Origin: Macrostomum lignano
Lineage: Eukaryota
Assembly: GCA_002269645.1 (NCBI GenBank)
Contig: NIVC01001978.1
Span: forward strand, 1 to 64,000
Direction of reading: 5' to 3'
DNA length: 64,000 nt
The stretch's first letter is position 1. Every line of letters begins with the position of its first letter. This document shows positions 60,120-64,000 of this stretch, in pieces. The notes under the pieces are model-generated. The model searched no databases. It was not told where the DNA came from and saw only the letters and a program-made list of their open reading frames with translations. The translations under genes were made by a program, and so were the position numbers.

Positions 60120-63100
60120 ACTGTGAGGGCCGCAACTCAAAACCCCCTATAGCAGCTCAGAGCAAGCGGCTAAATCAGATATTTTATCCAAATTTTGCTC
60201 AGCGTGTAATGCCTGACAATTAGAGAGACTGTGTAATGCCTGACAATTAGAGAGACTGTGTAATGCCTGACAATTAGAGAGACTGTGTAATGCCTGACAA
60301 TTAGAGAGACTGTGTAATGCCTGACAATTAGAGAGACTGTGTAATGCCTGACAATTAGAGAGACTGTGTAATGCCTGACAATTAGAGAGACTGTGTACAT
60401 GCCTGACAATTAGAGAGACTGTGTAATGCCTGACAATTAGAGAGACTGTGTAATGCCTGACAATTAGAGAGACTGTGTAATGCCTGACAATTAGAGAGAC
60501 TGTGTAATGCCTGACAATTAGAGAGACTGTGTAATGCCTGACAATTAGAGAGACTGTACATGCCTGACAATTAGAGAGACTGTGTAATGCCTGACAATTA
60601 GAGAGACTGTGTACATGCCTGACAATTAGAGAGACTGTGTACATGCCTGACAATTAGAGAGACTGTGTAATGCCTGACAATTAGAGAGACTGTGTAATGC
60701 CTGACAATTAGAGAGACTGTGTACATGCCTGACAATTAGAGAGACTGTGTAATGCCTGACAATTAGAGAGACTGTGTAATGCCTGACAATTAGAGAGACT
60801 GTGTAATGCCTGACAATTAGAGAGACTGTACATGCCTGACAATTAGAGAGACTGTGTAATGCCTGACAATTAGAGAGACTGTGTAATGCCTGACAATTAG
60901 AGAGACTGTGTAATGCCTGACAATTAGAGAGACTGTGTAATGCCTGACAATTAGAGAGACTGTGTAATGCCTGACAATTAGAGAGACTGTGTAATGCCTG
61001 ACAATTAGAGAGACTGTACATGCCTGACAATTAGAGAGACTGTGTAATGCCTGACAATTAGAGAGACTGTGAATTGCCTGACAATTAGAGAGACTGTGTA
61101 ATGCCTGACAATTAGAGAGACTGTACATGCCTGACAATTAGAGAGACTGTGTAATGCCTGACAATTAGAGAGACTGTGTAATGCCTGACAATTAGAGAGA
61201 CTGTGTAATGCCTGACAATTAGAGAGACTGTACATGCCTGACAATTAGAGAGACTGTGTAATGCCTGACAATTAGAGAGACTGTGTAATGCCTGACAATT
61301 AGAGAGACTGTGTAATGCCTGACAATTAGAGAGACTGTACATGCCTGACAATTAGAGAGACTGTGTAATGCCTGACAATTAGAGAGACTGTGTAATGCCT
61401 GACAATTAGAGAGACTGTACATGCCTGACAATTAGAGAGACTGTGTAATGCCTGACAATTAGAGAGACTGTGTAATGCCTGACAATTAGAGAGACTGTGT
61501 ACATGCCTGACAATTAGAGAGACTGTGTAATGCCTGACAATTAGAGAGACTGTGTAATGCCTGACAATTAGAGAGACTGTGTAATGCCTGACAATTAGAG
61601 AGACTGTGTAATGCCTGACAATTAGAGAGACTGTACATGCCTGACAATTAGAGAGACTGTGTAATGCCTGACAATTAGAGAGACTGTGTAATGCCTGACA
61701 ATTAGAGAGACTGTGTAATGCCTGACAATTAGAGAGACTGTGTAATGCCTGACAATTAGAGAGACTGTGTAATGCCTGACAATTAGAGAGACTGTGTAAT
61801 GCCTGACAATTAGAGAGACTGTGTAATGCCTGACAATTAGAGAGACTGTGTACATGCCTGACAATTAGAGAGACTGTGTAATGCCTGACAATTAGAGAGA
61901 CTGTGTAATGCCTGACAATTAGAGAGACTGTGTAATGCCTGACAATTAGAGAGACTGTGTACATGCCTGACAATTAGAGAGACTGTGTAATGCCTGACAA
62001 TTAGAGAGACTGTGTAATGCCTGACAATTAGAGAGTCTGTGTAATGCCTGACAATTAGAGAGACTGTGTAATGCCTGACAATTAGAGAGACTGTACATGC
62101 CTGACAATTAGAGAGACTGTGTAATGCCTGACAATTAGAGAGACTGTGTAATGCCTGACAATTAGAGAGACTGTACATGCCTGACAATTAGAGAGACTGT
62201 GTAATGCCTGACAATTAGAGAGACTGTGTAATGCCTGACAATTAGAGAGACTATGTAATGCCTGACAATTAGAGAGACTGTGTAATGCCTGACAATTAGA
62301 GAGACTGTGTAATGCCTGACAATTAGAGAGACTGTGTAATGCCTGACAATTAGAGAGACTGTGTAATGCCTGACAATTAGAGAGACTGTGTAATGCCTGA
62401 CAATTAGAGAGACTGTGTAATGCCTGACAATTAGAGAGACTGTGTAATGCCTGACAATTAGAGAGACTGTACATGCCTGACAATTAGAGAGACTGTGTAA
62501 TGCCTGACAATTAGAGAGACTGTGTACATGCCTGACAATTAGAGAGACTGTGTAATGCCTGACAATTAGAGAGACTGTGTAATGCCTGACAATTAGAGAC
62601 TGTGTAATGCCTGACAATTAGAGAGACTGTGTAATGCCTGACAATTAGAGAGACTGTACATGCCTGACAATTAGAGAGACTGTGTAATGCCTGACAATTA
62701 GAGAGACTGTGTAATGCCTGACAATTAGAGAGACTGTGTAATGCCTGACAATTAGAGAGACTGTGTAATGCCTGACAATTAGAGAGACTGTACATGCCTG
62801 ACAATTAGAGAGACTGTGTAATGCCTGACAATTAGAGAGACTGTGTAATGCCTGACAATTAGAGAGACTGTGTAATGCCTGACAATTAGAGAGACTGTGT
62901 AATGCCTGACAATTAGAGAGACTGTGTAATGCCTGACAATTAGAGAGACTGTGTAATGCCTGACAATTAGAGAGACTGTGTACATGCCTGACAATTAGAG
63001 AGACTGTGTAATGCCTGACAATTAGAGAGACTGTGTACATGCCTGACAATTAGAGAGACTGTGTAATGCCTGACAATTAGAGAGACTGTGTACATGCCTG

Positions 63101-63425
63101 ACAATTAGAGAGACTGTGTAATGCCTGACAATTAGAGAGACTGTGTAATGCCTGGCAATTAGAGAGACTGTGTAATGCCTGACAATTAGAGAGACTGTGT
63201 AATGCCTGACAATTAGAGAGACTGTGTAATGCCTGACAATTAGAGAGACTGTGTAATGCCTGACAATTAGAGAGACTGTGTAATGCCTGACAATTAAAAA
63301 GCCAGGACCGCTGTACATCCTGTGTGTGAGTGCGTGCCTCCACGTGTGTGCATGATGATGTATTCGAATACTACTGTACTACATGTAGCTCACGGCGAGT
63401 CTTCGGAATGGGCAGAATTGTGCTG
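60120..63425 (+). mobile_element. Truncated copy of the SINE-like element, interrupted by the 27-bp array
   Basis: Left flank TGAGGGCCGCAACTC and right flank AGGACCGCTGTACATCC..GTGTGAGTGCGTGCCT..GCTCACGGCGAGTCTTCGGAATGGGCAG match 9171-9320 in the same order. Confidence 0.6.
60205..63297. repeat. 27-bp minisatellite (GTGTAATGCCTGACAATTAGAGAGACT; 26/28-bp variants), ~114 copies, in the B9D2 intron
   Basis: Near-perfect tandem; explains the HYTVSLIVR and LHSLSNCQA ORFs. Confidence 0.98.
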
Positions 63426-63438
63426 CTTGAGGGGACCA

Positions 63439-63880
63439 GGGACTTTAGCACCAGGGTCTTTTAGCACCAGGGGCTTTTAGCAACAGAGGCTTTTTATCAG
63501 GACTTTAGGACTTTAGCACCAGGGTCTTTTAGCACCAGGGGCTTTTAGCAACAGAGGCTTTAGCACCAGGGGCGCCAGCACCAGGGGCGCCAGCACCAGG
63601 GGCGCCAGCACCAGGGGCGCCAGCACCAGGGGCGCCAGCACCAGGGGCGCCAGCACCAGGGGCGCCAGCACCAGGGGCGCCAGCACCAGGGGCGCCAGCA
63701 CCAGGGGCGCCAGCACCAGGGGCGCCAGCACCAGGGGCGCCAGCACCAGGGGCGCCAGCACCAGGGGCGCCAGCACCAGGGGCGCCAGCACCAGGGGCGC
63801 CAGCACCAGGGGCGCCAGCACCAGGGGCGCCAGCACCAGGGGCGCCAGCACCAGGGGCGCCAGCACCAAGGGGCTTTAGC
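63439..63880. repeat. 15-bp GC-rich minisatellite (GGGGCGCCAGCACCA), ~20 pure copies with degenerate GGGGCTTTAGCACCA lead-in
   Basis: Direct tandem; explains the GAPGA, LAPLV and WRPWC ORFs. Confidence 0.97.
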
Positions 63881-63947
63881 CATACATGCCATATCATTTA
63901 AACGTCTTATACAGAACGGACACGATATCTATTTTTAAAAATCGCAG

Positions 63948-64000
63948 GTGTTCCACTACGACTGGGCCGGGCGCAGCTCATTGGTCGGCTACGGCTTCGC
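63948..64000 (+). CDS. B9D2: B9D2 second coding exon (partial, runs off the window)
   Basis: Acceptor aatcgcag|GTG at 63947; VFHYDWAGRSSLVGYGF aligns to human VWSQDSFGRCQLAGYGF, continuing at residue 80 in phase 0. Confidence 0.92.
   Translation, partial: MFHYDWAGRSSLVGYGF

Noticed and set aside
63513-63897. Collagen/elastin-like GAPGA ORF
   Set aside because: A 15-bp array inside the B9D2 intron, antisense, with three frames open

Overview
Eukaryotic (animal) genomic DNA. About half of the window (roughly 32 kb by my tally) is tandem repeat: about 30 separate micro- and minisatellite arrays, nearly all with a different unit, plus seven (GATA)n tracts. This style resembles the flatworm Macrostomum, but that is an inference. 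Two genes are recognisable. (1) On the minus strand, the 5' part of a cAMP-specific phosphodiesterase 4 (PDE4/dunce family). The UCR1 exon ([29 protein letters not shown]) lies at about 4.2-4.4 kb. Spread over the ~48 kb upstream of it are up to about 9 candidate alternative N-terminal exons that all end at a phase-2 GT donor compatible with that exon, and several carry a PKA-type RRHS/RRHT motif like PDE4D3. The remaining PDE4 exons were not found and presumably lie left of the window. (2) On the plus strand, divergently oriented, the ciliary transition-zone gene B9D2 (coding exons at 59840-60076 and 63948 onward), separated by a GC-AG intron filled with minisatellites. Most notable observations: the phase-matched set of PDE4 N-terminal exons; an apparent 1-nt frame break (or alternative acceptor) in the UCR1 exon; a 3-kb minisatellite that expanded inside a copy of a tRNA-derived SINE-like element whose unexpanded relative is at 9.0-9.3 kb; and a minisatellite made of repeated strong 5' splice sites directly behind the most distal candidate PDE4 exon. 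All long ORFs in the ORF track are repeat artefacts. Coordinates were read by eye; repeat boundaries and copy numbers are approximate.
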